NCBI GenBank assembly: GCA_002633005.1
Contig: NMRA01000014.1
Span: forward strand, 255,132 to 292,886
DNA length: 37,755 bases
Direction of reading: 5' to 3'
DNA from: Phoronis australis
Lineage: Eukaryota; Animalia; Phoronida
Both the position numbers and the translations under genes were made by a program. The notes under the pieces are model-generated. The model worked only from the letters and a program-made list of their open reading frames with translations. It was not told the origin of the DNA and did not search any database. This document shows positions 1 through 12,900 of the stretch, one piece after another. The first letter of the stretch is position 1. The number at the start of each line of letters is the position of its first letter.

Positions 1-448
1 TGCCAGCAGTAATTTGTAGACGTGAGAAACCTTTGTGGCTGTCGTCACAGACGTAAGGCGTGGGGCACGGGCAGTCGAGTCAAGAAAGGCACAATTAAAA
101 TTGCAGTGAAGTCTTAGAGAACACTGTCAAATACCGGCGGTGGTTGTACTTTTTGGAGGTCCTAGCCAGGTCATTATTATTACGTGCACTATAGATCGTC
201 GATGCTCACTTGAAAACCTGTTATTATTCATACACACGTCAACAAGTCTTGCAAAAACGTTTTATGAACATTTTTTTCAGAGTTAACTGTGGCAACGATC
301 AGTGGAGTCATTTGTCGCTCTCCCGTTTTTTGAGATTGTGTGTCCCAACTCTTATGGCAAGCACGGCTACTCTATTCTTGCTTTTGCTATTTGTATTATT
401 TTTCTTAAGCGGCTTCTCATGGCACTAATGGCTGAATCAATTAAGTCT

Positions 449-1540
449 TTTTTATAATGTTTATTACGAAATCTTCGATACAATGAATATACATAACCCA
501 GAAAGCGCCAAGAGGCATTATATCTGGGTTAAAAAAGTACAAAGAAATCTATATACAATTATTTTACACAAATATATAAAAAAGAAATCTGTATACAATT
601 ATTTTACACAAATATAAAAATTAAAAAAAAACTGTTGTTAAGATTACAATGACAAATGATTACGAAAGTAAATAAATCATTTTCATACACATGTATACAA
701 TTCTATCCACCCACACAAAGAGATTTAATATTATAAAGAAATTTTAATACTATTTCGAATAAAACCTTATTTTCATTTGGGCTGAGTTCTTGACTTCCAT
801 ATAGAAAAAAATTAACTTTGTTGTACACTTGCGGAATTTCAGAATATTTTTTATAAATATTGGGGTATTGTTGGAGTGTCTGGAAAAGCTGTACCCTCTG
901 CTCCTTGCATACCTCACAAGCAAAGAAAACATGAGCATTTGTCTGTGCGTCTCCACAGCAACACAGAGGCGAAATATTATTAAAATTGTGTCAAATTTCT
1001 CGTTTAGGAATAGATCGCATCTTCATCTGTAAAGGATTATTTCGTGGTTGCGAGGAAGTTGGAACGATGTCAATGGGACTGGCAACTCTTGAGTAGTAGT
1101 ATTCATATTAAAGTTATTTTTTAGAGTGGCGATTGAAGTGCTTTCTTTTATTTTGGATGGTAAGAAATTGCAATTGGCAATACAAGTTAATAGGGTAGAT
1201 CTCCTGAAGGCTTGGCTGATGGAAGATGGAATAGTGTGCATATTACTTTGCCGCAGTCCTGGTCTCGTGTTAGGTCTTTTGTAGGAGTCAAAGAGGATTT
1301 TGTTTGAGTTATTGTTTATGTTAGTTAAAACTTTGAATGTATACATGGACAAGTGGAGTTTACGACGGATTGCTAGTTTGCTCCAGTTGAGACTGTTTAG
1401 AACCTTGATTGTGTTGGATTCTTTGTATGTCCCTGTTATGGCTAAAGCTGCTTGGTATTGTAGTCTTTCTAATTGAAGAAGTATGCCAGCGTTTGCCGAT
1501 TGGTAGATTATGTCACAGTAATCTAGATGTGGAAGAACAA
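449..1540 (-). mobile_element. 5'-truncated non-LTR retrotransposon (CR1/L2-like): ORF2 C-terminus plus 3' UTR
   Basis: Minus strand reads FVLPHLDYCDIIY...LERLQYQAALAITG...LNWSKLAIRRKLH, then after a stop/frameshift SPLCCCGDAQTNAHVFFAC (C-terminal Cys/His motif). It ends in AATAAA plus a short A tail. Flanked by aattaagtct (439-448) and aattaactct (1541-1550). Confidence 0.85.
541..620. repeat. Two tandem ~41-bp copies within the LINE 3' UTR
   Basis: aaagaaatct(a/g)tatacaattattttacacaaatata occurs twice. Confidence 0.8.
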
Positions 1541-3801
1541 AATTAACTCTCGTTTCTTGCTTTTGTGAAATCGTGCAACGCTTAATGTTAGGGAAGGTTA
1601 CCCGATCATGAAAGGTGAGTGACCCGACGATGCATTGAACTGTCGCTTTTATTCTATTTAAAATGACATAGACTTCCTAACACAGTTTTGCGATAGTTCA
1701 GTAGTAACATCATTTCCAAAATCTTCGAGGGAAGTTTTGCTATACTTATATCGCCTCTGTTGCCTAATGAGGATTGGACAGGCCCTGCATAGTTCTTTGC
1801 TAGGCTGACTGGAGACACTGTGTTGTAGCTTTTAGTGCACAGCTTCCTTTATAATCAAACACCTGTCCAGCTGAAAACCGGTCTAAAGGCGAAAGACTGT
1901 CGACGATTCGAACTATTGTATCCCGCTAAAGTGTAAAACAACGACAGACCAAGAAATTGGAAAAGCAGCAATGATACTAATACTAACAGTGGTCAAGAAA
2001 AAGACCGCTATGCAAGTAGTGGCCATCAATAAACCCAGCAAGTGTGTACAGGTTGTGAACTCGTGTCTAAAGATCTAAAACATAACATCAGACCAATGGA
2101 ATGACGTTGACGAATATTGCAGCTATCACAGAAGCAGCCGATGCCAACCTACCATTGGTCATTTCGCTTCAAGTGCAGAAAAACAATAAGTTTACAAGAC
2201 CTAGCCCGAACACAAATGCGCAAAAGCCTCTATAAATAATATGGAGAGGTGAGTATGCCCCCAGCCAGCTGACAAAGCCATTCGGATGACAATTATGCGC
2301 TACAATAAACGTCACGTTAAATCAGAAAGCAAAACCATAAAACGGAAGACTAAAACCTCGCTGAAAACGTCCGATGCCTCCGTACCGCCGGGCATTCTAC
2401 AGAAGCTCAAACCCAACAACACAAAAGTGACATTCGTTTACAAAAAATCAGGCATGCCCATGCTGTAACAATAACATTGGTCCCTTGTCACGTACTAGCT
2501 ACGATGCATACGGACGTGGTGTAACCTTTATCGGCGAAACACCCTTTTAAAGACCCTGGTAATTTGGGGTTATTGGTGAGCAGGAAGTCTTCGTACGAAA
2601 CTCGTTTTGTCGATCAGGAGTATGTTTTTGGTGACCGTATGGAATGCATATGTCTATGGGATGAAGGTGCACAAAGTGCGTGTACTGGTACTCGTGAGAT
2701 TTATGACATTTGTGTAGTACAAGTTTAGTTCATTAACAGTGACAGTCGCANGGGGGGGGGGGGGGGGGGGGAGGGTGGAGGATCCCCCAACCCAACTGAG
2801 AGGCTTCGTCTCCCGTGCTCCCCAACAGACAGTCAAGTCCATATGGCCACGCGCATGTCTTCGGAAAATGCTTTAGGATTCCAAACAGTGAATTACAAGT
2901 CTTGCAACTGAAGAACTACCAATAACTCAAAATTCGCGCAATTTGTGCCTTTAATTGTTGTGTTGTGTTGCTCTGTTATCATATCGAGGTTATTTTCTCC
3001 TGATAACGTGCAAGGGTTACTGTATACATGTTTATAGGTCTATGGGAATCGATTGATCCACAGACGATTTTGACTACGCTACACTAATCTTGGAATAAAA
3101 AGATTATGCTTCTGTGAACTTCGAGGACTGAAAATTGAAGTTTCCCAAACTGCAATTAATGAAAGGAATCTTGACCCTTGGCCACACTTTCACTCTCGGT
3201 AGTAGGTGAACCTACAACTCTACGACACTATGTTCGGTACATCTTGGCACGTGGTAATAAAATAGATTTCGTAAAAGATATCCTTAACGAAAAAAGCAAT
3301 ACCCTAATTATGTAACCACGATACCTCTTCTCGAGGAGTTTTGTTGAAATAACGGAACACAGTTTCTAGTGGCTGCCTCTACAGGGCTTGTCCCCAAGCA
3401 GCAAAGTCTGCATCGTTATGGCAAAGGGTAGGTGCAAAATTGGTGATAACAAGAAATGTTACGTTAGAAGTTTGTGGCTGTCAATAATAATTACCTTTGC
3501 CATTCGAAAGGAATGCTAAAGCGACTAGGGGCAAAGGCAAAGATAAAATAGAGGGGATGAAAACTGGTGTTGACTTCGGGGCAAACATGGATGGCGACTG
3601 AGGCGAAATTGGAATCGACCGGGGGAGGGTTGCGCTCACAGATTTGCCATTAGTAAAAGAAATCTTATGCCTATTATTTTTGTCCTGAAAACTTATTCAG
3701 ATATAGTCTGGAATTGAATCACCGAATTGTATCAAATGCTTGTGTACAGATGCAGATATTAGATTGCGACTGTAGTAATATACAAAACCTTGGCGATTCA
3801 G

Positions 3802-3968
3802 GTACGCAGGTTTCCACACAGCGTACTACGAGAATAGTGTGCTGGTAACACACCCAGTTGCCACTGCGAAGCACTACCTACGGACAAACTTCTTGTTGGA
3901 TTTCATCGGGACTGTACCAGTGTACTTATTTGCGTTTACTTATTACGTGGTCACAGGCGTTCGGATTG
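3802..3968 (+). CDS. Channel exon: S2-S3 loop and S3, repeat A
   Basis: ttcag| YAGFHTAYYENSVLVTHPVATAKHYLRTNFLLDFIGTVPVYLF... |gtaaga. Matches the FxTxY...HYL..F..D....P motif of CNG/KCNH-type channels. Confidence 0.85.
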
Positions 3969-6900
3969 GTAAGAGGCAGTTGTTTGTGTCTTCTACGCAA
4001 AAAATAACACTGACTAAGACAAAGTCATTTTAACTGTGTTCAATGTTTCAGTTTCTCAATTCAACTGTCCCCACCTTGCGTTGCTGGAAGCATCGAAATG
4101 TCGTCTGCTCATTTTGTTCCCACCTTTAAATCACGCAATTCGGCTGGTTAAAGAACATAACCAGTGCAATTGCCTACTGTTTTTCAAGTTAAATGATTAT
4201 TTGTTCCTTTGTGTGATTTTAACCAAACAGAGTGGTGGCATTTTTCAGATGCAGCCAGTATGAACTCGTCGTTCTTCAGTCTATTTTATCTGGTCCAGTT
4301 TTACCGATTCCCTGTTGCCTTTGCCTATTACGAGTCTCTTATCGATAAAAGTACTGGTTTGATCAGGTAAGTGTAATTGATGCTATGCCTACAACGACGA
4401 ATGTTTCACACTCCTTTCGTAGCGCTAAAGGACGACTTGCTACTAAGACTGCGTACGTGCTTCGCTTGTAATGCCGGATGATGTCTGGTAAAGACATGCG
4501 TGATCTCGCTAAGTTCGCAAGAACCCACCCTTAAGGAAGGCAGTCCTTGTTGCAAATACTGCCGGTTTGATACATTCGTGCCACATGAAATGAAAACAAT
4601 GCGGTCAATTATTAACCTACTTTTCGGAAATTTGTCAACTCCCTATAAGTTAACGAAAATCAATTCACGGCCAAGAGCACAACGTTGCCTCTTTCTGTTT
4701 TTCAGATTCGTGAAATTTGTGCTCTACATGGTGATTTTCACGCACCTGCTTACCTGCACAATGCACATGTTTGCTTGTCCGCCGGCTATCTTTCTTGATC
4801 CGGACAGGGAAAGCGTCATCATGCCCCCTGTTGGCGTGATCTGCTACAAGAAATCGTGGATATTACCTATATTGTGTGAGACTCCTCCTCCGCTCACTAA
4901 ACATTGCATTCAGTGCTGAAATTCTCAAAAGAATAACATTTTCTTGTGTAAGGCAAGAATTGAATTAGACTTAGTCATATAAGATTTTTTCCTGAAAGCA
5001 TATTACGAATGATTTTGATATGTGCATACTGACTCGACATCAAGTTTGTATAGACGCAAAGCTCAATTGTAAGTTCCAGAGATATGTAAACGATTAATAA
5101 CTCGAAGTTTAATCTCGACAGCTACTTTCCCCGAGTCATTCATGAAGACGTACACTTGCAAGAGCAATTGTTCATACGCTATCCCTCACGATATCAGCAA
5201 GTACGGCGCAGCACCTCCTGATTTCGGTGGAGTCAGCTTCTATTACATCAACGCCCTCTACTGGGCATCTGCTACAACCTTATCTGTGGGTTACGGCGAC
5301 ATATACGCCATATCAGTTGTGGAGGCAAGGCATACGGCCCTTTTTATTGAATTGCGCAGTAACTTTTAAATACCCTACACTAAAATTGTCATTCATTTGA
5401 ACAACATACATGTATAAATATACGTCAAAATAGCGTTCCTTTAATTTTCCGAACTGAAATTCATGTAAACAAAATTAAGTCTCGTCCTAACGATTTAGTT
5501 TTCTAACGAAAAGGCAACATTTTCACTACTTCTCCAGAATAATGTTTTGTAACGTAATGTTCACTGTACGCGTGTGGACGGATAAAGCGAAGCGCAACGT
5601 TCGGGAAGCGCCGTAATCATTGTACTCATAAACAGCCTGACGTCACGATCGCATACTCGTATGAGGAAGTTTGAGTTAACGCCCAAATTCTTTGCGTACT
5701 CACCATGTTTTGCTTTATTTGACCTACGGGAGGAGTGAACTAATGTCATTTGTCATATTTATAGATGGTCTTCAGTATGATAATTATGGCTTCGGGGATT
5801 ATCTTCTACGCTTACATCATCGCAGCAGTAGCGGCCTCTATGGCCAACGCAGATGCCAGCCGATCAGCATTCCAAGGCAAATTGAACGCGCTGCGCGTGT
5901 TCATGAAGGTACGTGTAGAGATATTAGAGTTTTGGCTGCACATTAAAGGAAAATGCCACCCAATTTAATTAGTCTTTTTTGCCGTCTTAATCGATCTATA
6001 TCCACATCGCCTCGCATACGGTCGACCTTACCTTGCCAAGAGGTGTCGCGTTAACCTGTGACGAAGGTGAGAAACGACGCTAGCGACGTCAGTGGTTTCT
6101 CTGCAGAGTGAATGCCGCTATGTTGCGGTGCATCGTTCACTAAGCAGCTGCAAGGAAAGCGAGTATATCGTTTTTTTACTTCCTCGAGAGTCCGAAATGC
6201 CTAGGAAGTGACTCATGGTAGTGAAGAATGAAATGTACGCTGTAAATAGCAAGAATGAGGCCGTGAAACATCTCCGTGTCTGTGGCCTGCAGACGTCGAC
6301 AGTGCCTGACGAATGCCGGCTTACCAAATAACTCCATACGTTCCGTTCAGTGTCTGAGCTTGTTCACGGCGCCTCTCTAGTATTTCTTCATCACTGTATT
6401 CCTGTTCGAATTGTTTGCCTGTAAAACTTAACGATCCACCTGCGAAGTCAGGACTGATGAGCTCTAGCTCGTCCAAGTCGGCCCGGGGATTGCGAGATGC
6501 CATGCTGGCGTTTATTACTGAGCTTTCTGTTACAAAATGAATTATTCTCACCCCAACCAAACTGAAACAAAGTTTGTCTCATTAGATGCAATTTGTAATG
6601 CCCTTGGAGTGTTCGTGAGTGCAAATAATTTGAGAAGCCAGCAATGAATAAATCACTGCGTTACCGGCTTTAGCTGCAATAAAACTAATTGACGGGACAC
6701 CAAGGCCGTGTGCGCTCATGCTAATTTAAGGTTTGCCGGCAGAAACTGTTGTGAAGCTATTCGATTTCCATCCCACGACCAGGTGTTAGGGGAATCTTTA
6801 TTTACATTTACCTAATTACTCAACACGGTCGCGAACTAGATGAGATCACAATATCACGCTCGGGTAAGCGTTGTGATACTTTAGAGGACCTTAGTTACAT

Positions 6901-9900
6901 GTTAAACACGAACGCGACTGGAGAAGGGTTACACGATTTTTGACACTACCAGAGTGACACTGTGGTAACAGTTACTGATCAAGAGTGGCGGCATATACGA
7001 ATTAGCAACAGCGGGACAGAGTCCCACGCATGGGTAACGAAATGACGGACAAATTGGCAGCAGGCAGGATGACCCCGCGGCACGACAATGACCAACAAGG
7101 GTGGCAATTGGATAATGAAAGGTTCATGTTTCTGGGATTGATTCATGGTTTCGAAACCAGTTACTTCCATTGAATAACGCCTGATATTCCGTGATGGCAG
7201 CTGTGGGAATGAGGTGAAAGCAACAACATTGGCGTCATCATTATAGTCTGTCCCCGGTGAAAGCAATAACCATCCCTGTTATAAGCATTATAATCTGTTA
7301 TTTTTCTGATACCAATGATGATTTTGGGCATAAACACTGCGAAAAAAAGCTTGTTTTTGATTCACAAACTTTTACTGCTTGATTTGAATATATTCTAAGC
7401 AGTCCTCTCATTTGCTTTCATGAACTATTACCGATATCGAGATGTTTTTGCACGACCTATGTCATATGGATGGATGCCTTCGTCCTCATTCGCGTAAACA
7501 TCGTAACATTGGACACACGGGTGTATCCCCTCTCCCCACCCCGGGTTGCCCATACATTTGTAGGGCGGGTCTATTTAAAATCGTTTCTTACACCAACATG
7601 ATCGAAAAATAGCTAGGAAAGCAATAGTAGGCAATACCACCATTCGCCATGTAAAAGTTAAAAATTTTGGAGTCTCTATTCATCGCCATTAAAAATCTGT
7701 GCTGAATGAGGAGCTCACAAGTGTGTACCGCACGCTGGCCTTGTTCCCTTAGGCTTGTGGGCTCCCTGCCGTGTGATAACAGTCACACTCCTTGCTTGCA
7801 TGCCCTTCTACCTATTGCCACCGTTCATTTCATCGCATAACGCTAAACCCTCGTGAGAGACCGCCCCGAGATGGATGCTGGANACTCAGTGGGTATGTTC
7901 AGAGCTATGAATTGCAGACGCTAAATTTTGGTACTTCCTGTCTTCTAGTGGAATATTGTCTCATTTTGTACTTTTTCGGAATTCGTGCTTCTGTAACTGA
8001 GGCAGACCTTTTTCCAGTTCTCCAAAAGGGGGCTCGTTTGAGCTCATAAGTATGACAAGTCCAATACAAAATGTTATCATTTTTTATTCATTAACCCAAA
8101 ATGATTCAAACTTTTAACATAATAAGTAACTTAAAATGCACAATACTTTACAACATTTAGCATTACAAACACTATTCAACTGCAACAGTTTCCATGATAT
8201 GAAAGTGGACATACATGTAACTATTACCATGGTGACGGAATAGTGTTTCCTTACACCAGAATTTGACAAACATCATTTAAAAAAATATGAAGTTGCAAGG
8301 AACAAGAACAAGAGGCTTGAAGCTTCACAATACAACATCGCTTATTTCTCAAATTAAGATTATTCATATTGTTGACTTGATAAGCTGATGACTTGAAAGC
8401 AATTGAGATTTAAAATTTAGAAAAATATGAATCATTTTGTGACACCGAATCAAGTCTTGAACAGCAGTTGACAGTCAAACAGAAAACCATTTCAAAATTA
8501 TTTCAACTATTTTTTTAGCTTTGTGTCAGATCATCTGAATGGGAAATTTCCAGTAAAATAATTCGAATATATCTTCTTATATTTTTGCACAAAAAACACG
8601 AAAATTGAACAAAGTTTCTTTTTGTAGCAACGTTTGTCAAAATGTATCACCGTTAAATCTTCACAAATTACAAAGTAGCCGATTGAACATGCCTTTCAGT
8701 TCAGCAAAAGTCGCCATATTGTCGGTGCCGCCAGAAATGAGACGAAGTCCAACGGGAATTGTGAGCACATTTATCACTTAATGAGTAACAACTGCGAGGT
8801 TGAACTTTGGTGAACATTGTTAAATCGTGCAGAATAGTAAGTAAAGACATGTCTACCTAAATTTCACTGCAATTTGTTGGCGAAAACAATTTAAACAAAG
8901 TTTTAAACTCGTAACTTATCCCGCTGTCCTCCAATATGGCCGACGCGATCCAAACAAAGTGACCCAAATTTCGCCACAAAACTTGCAATAACTTTACACT
9001 GCTTGCCCCAATTCTGATACTTTATCGATTTTTACTGAGTAGAATGCACTACCTTTCCGATGATAGGAAAGTACTTTTTCAAAACTAGAAAAAAAATAAA
9101 ACCGAAAAAATAGGTTCGACCCATATTGGTTCCTAGGTTCGACCGGCCTATGTAAGGAACTAAACACCAATGCTATTTTAACATACTAAGTACGCGTAAC
9201 ATTCCAAAAAAAAAATCAACGACCACTAACTACAAACTATAAACACACTACATATGTAAACGAATCACGAAATATTACTTACAAAACAAAATAATGAAAA
9301 CTTTTCGAGCAAGCGAGAGCACATTCAGTTACAAGGAAAAATGGCGGCTTTCAAGACAAGTTCCTGAACTGATGAGCCGGAAATGTGGGTACGGAAATAA
9401 CCGATGACAACCGGTAATCATACGCTCTGAGAGAAGGGTCAAATACTGTTCAAAAATCGCTTTTGACAAGAAAGGCGAAAAGAATATAAACAAAGGGTGT
9501 CGAAAATAAGATTTTATGTAGTAAGTATTTTCGGATACTGGAACCACATGGGCAGTTTGAGAGAAGGACTTTAAGCTGTCTAACAAAACGTACAATCGTG
9601 CTTTCAACCAAGCTCACCAAAGACGAATATACTATTTCTGTGCGACGCGAGGAATGCCTCAGATCAAATGCCGTATTTCAAATAATCTACCGAATGAGAC
9701 AAATACGTTGTTACACTATCGCGTGTAGCTTAGGCTCCATTGGCGTGGCATTTAAGCATTTTCATTCTACATACACTCGTTCAAAAATCCTGTGTGATTT
9801 TCTTCGCTAAAGTTACAGCCTTAAGTTGGAGTATAAACTCTAAATTTCGAATTTTACTCGAGTTTGTTGCTAAGCTGTTGGGGACACCAAGTGGGCACCG

Positions 9901-12900
9901 GACCCACCTGCGTAAACAATAATGTATGAAATCACAAAATTAATTAGCACTAATATTGAGTTTGTATTAAAGCAGGATGAAATTTGTCAAACGTAATTTC
10001 GAGAACAAACATTAGAACTCAGGCACTCTAGGAAAAACTGTAGACCTACTCTTTGTTTTTCCTTTTCTGAAAACGGCATTACACAATCCCTCATTGTTGT
10101 TTCAAGGAACTTATAGTCGTACCTGCTCACAGACCCTTCCGACTTAACAGTAATATCAAAGCAATTTAACAGGTAAAATGGTTAACACTGACAAAGATTT
10201 AATATTTTACCGACGAAAATCATGGCGTTGTTTGTTTTATTCTTGCAGGATTTTTTCATTGACGAGCAGTTACGGAAACGGATCATCATGCATTATGAGC
10301 ACGCGTGGCACAGGACGAACGGAATAGAATCGAACGACGTTTTGCAGGGACTTCCACATGCTTTATGGGCAGACGTCACTTATAATCTATATAAGCACGC
10401 CATCAACAAGGCACGTTTGCTGTTTGTGTATAACTTGCCCACGACTTTAAATTTTCTGCAGTGGCGGAATTAAAGGGGGGCCCATGGGGCCATGCCCCCC
10501 TAAAATTCTCCCGGATTCCAATTGGCAGTTTGAAGATGCGAATGTCTGACGGGCAAAATCATGGCTATTACTCTGCCCTGCCCCCCAACTCAAAATCTTG
10601 GATAGGCTCCTGCTCTAAACTGTCTGCATCGAAATAGCCACGTCACGTTGAAATTTATTATCCCGCAAGACGGCGACCAGGTTATTGGTGGACAGGCGTT
10701 CACCGCCATCTACAGACTCCATGTAATGCAGACGGGATGTTTCAACCTACTGGCATTAACAACGTTTTAACTCCTTTCCTGCAATTATAACGGCGGCAAA
10801 TGTACACTGCTGTAAGTTGGAATGTACTAATGATTTACAACAAAAAAACCTTTTCAAATCGCAAGGGACGAACAATGACATCATTTCCATTCATTTCCCC
10901 GAAGAAGAATCCGCCACAAACCCAGTCTGTGGCTGCAGCTGTTAAAGCGCGAGATTTTCGATCCCTGTCGCTGTCAACATGCTGAAATAAATAAGTGAAT
11001 CTCATCTAATCAAACAATGGGAGGCTCTGACAGCACTTGCAATTGATTCCCCTTCTTTTAAACCATGCAGTAATTGAATTTCTGTCCACCAAATCTGAAT
11101 TGGGATCAAATCGAAGTCACTTTCGTGCTCCAATTACTCTAGAAAATGCCAATTTGAAAAGTCGCCTATTACAATTTTGGCTGACATGCAAGGCTTACCA
11201 GTTACAAGTCGATCGAAAATTGAGATTAAGGGTCCCAAAATGATGTGTTTTCTAATTCAACTCTATTAGGCTATAGATGTTATGAGAGTACTTATAGAAA
11301 ACTCATTTCAAAAGAGCTTTACCTGGACATTATTGCCACCCTGTTGAGGGTTTTTCATTAGTTCTCAATCAGAAAATGCTTCATTTTAGCTCTATTGTAT
11401 TACGAGGTCACCAAAGCCTATTATTGTGATGCACGCTGTGGATTTTGTTTTCAATAATTGTGTTTTACCGATTGCCTATATAAAATAGTAGTTTACGACA
11501 CTATAGTGCACTGTCTCAAATAACTGAAGATTGCTTCAGGTGTCAGTGTTTCAAAATGCCAACAAAGGATTCAAGAAGCTACTGTCTCTGTCTATTCGAC
11601 CACAGTCGTTCCTAGAAGGAGAGTTCATTGTCCGACGGGGGGATATAGGGCAAGTGGTGAGTTTTTAACTAAAACTTGATGTACCACGATTTGTGAACAG
11701 TCGGTGAGAATAACAATCGGAAGTCGTCTGGAACGAAATACTGTCAAGATTTTTTTACAGAGTCACGGACTAAATGCCTGAAAATGACACTCAACATATT
11801 TTGCTGCTTTCGGCTTTAAAAACGCATGTATACAGGCTTAGCGGCTGCAATTGAGTTTTCATGTGTCAGACAAGGCTTTTTATAGCGTTAAACTTTGCAG
11901 TGCCATAGGCGATTTACGCCTTTGCACCTGGAATCATTTAATGTGCCATTGTATTTTGCATTTATTGATATAGTTGAAGGCACACTAATACTAAAAGTTA
12001 AGTTCTGAAAAGTGTATTTGTAGAAAAATTAGATTTTCGTGTACTTGGGTTGGGTGTTGGCTAAGCATTTGTTTCAGTTAACATTGGTGATTACGGGTAG
12101 AGTCATCATCAAGTAAATTGGTGAAGGCCAATCTACTGTAGGTGAACTGTGGTTGGGAACTGCTTACCAGAATTGTGAAACTGATAGTCAGGTGAATGAC
12201 CAGAGTCATCTATATGGGCTTTTTGGTTTTGTCCACGGTTGAGAAAGCTACACAGGAGCTTCTTATATTGACAGAACTGAGGATTTCAAATGCAATTCTT
12301 ATGCAAATCTCTGTTAAATTTTTACATTAATTTAAAATTGCAAAATCACTCCTGTAGCCACAAAGGTGACACTCAACTGTTCCTGCTGGCTTTGGGTGCA
12401 GTAGCGTTATCCCTCTCCTCGCCAGAGTACAGAATCTGAAAATATGAAGTGTATACTGTGCCACAGACATCAAAATTCGTCTACAAAGTTCAATAAAACC
12501 GGTTCCAGTGTGATTTTCATCGTTTGCGAGAACCACAAGTGCAGCTGGCTACTAAAAAGCGAACGGAAATCAAAATTTGTATGCTAATGCTATAAACTGA
12601 GAGTCATATTATAGGAATGGAATGAATAGTGAGTGTCAACTGGCCAGATGTTTCACAAATCCAAAATCTCTGAAGTATACCTGAGTGATGTCCTACTCCA
12701 TTTCAACTTCACGCCACATGGGAAAAGCAACAAATGGGTTAAAGGCTGGGCAAAGGTTCAACACCTGGCATCCTTTCAATCAAAACAAACTGAAAATCAA
12801 GCAAATGCCGTTCGTATCATTCACGCGCAGTGCAAAACTAAAAATGTCCCGCAGACCCAGCATTTGCCAATTTTAATGAAATTGCGGTACCTAAATTCAA

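Noticed and set aside
107-428. Upstream S1/S2 exons of repeat A (cag|107 EVLENTVKYRRWLYFLEVLA; cag|281 hydrophobic ORF)
   Set aside because: Donors are weak or absent and there is no convincing phase or motif link to exon 3802; the true exons are probably upstream of the window.
1863-1906. Penelope-type minimal hammerhead (ctgaaaa-stem-cgaaa)
   Set aside because: The core deviates from CUGANGA and stems I and III do not pair convincingly.
6450-6476. Hammerhead ribozyme (ctgatga within a ggac...gtcc hairpin)
   Set aside because: No GAAA core after stem II.
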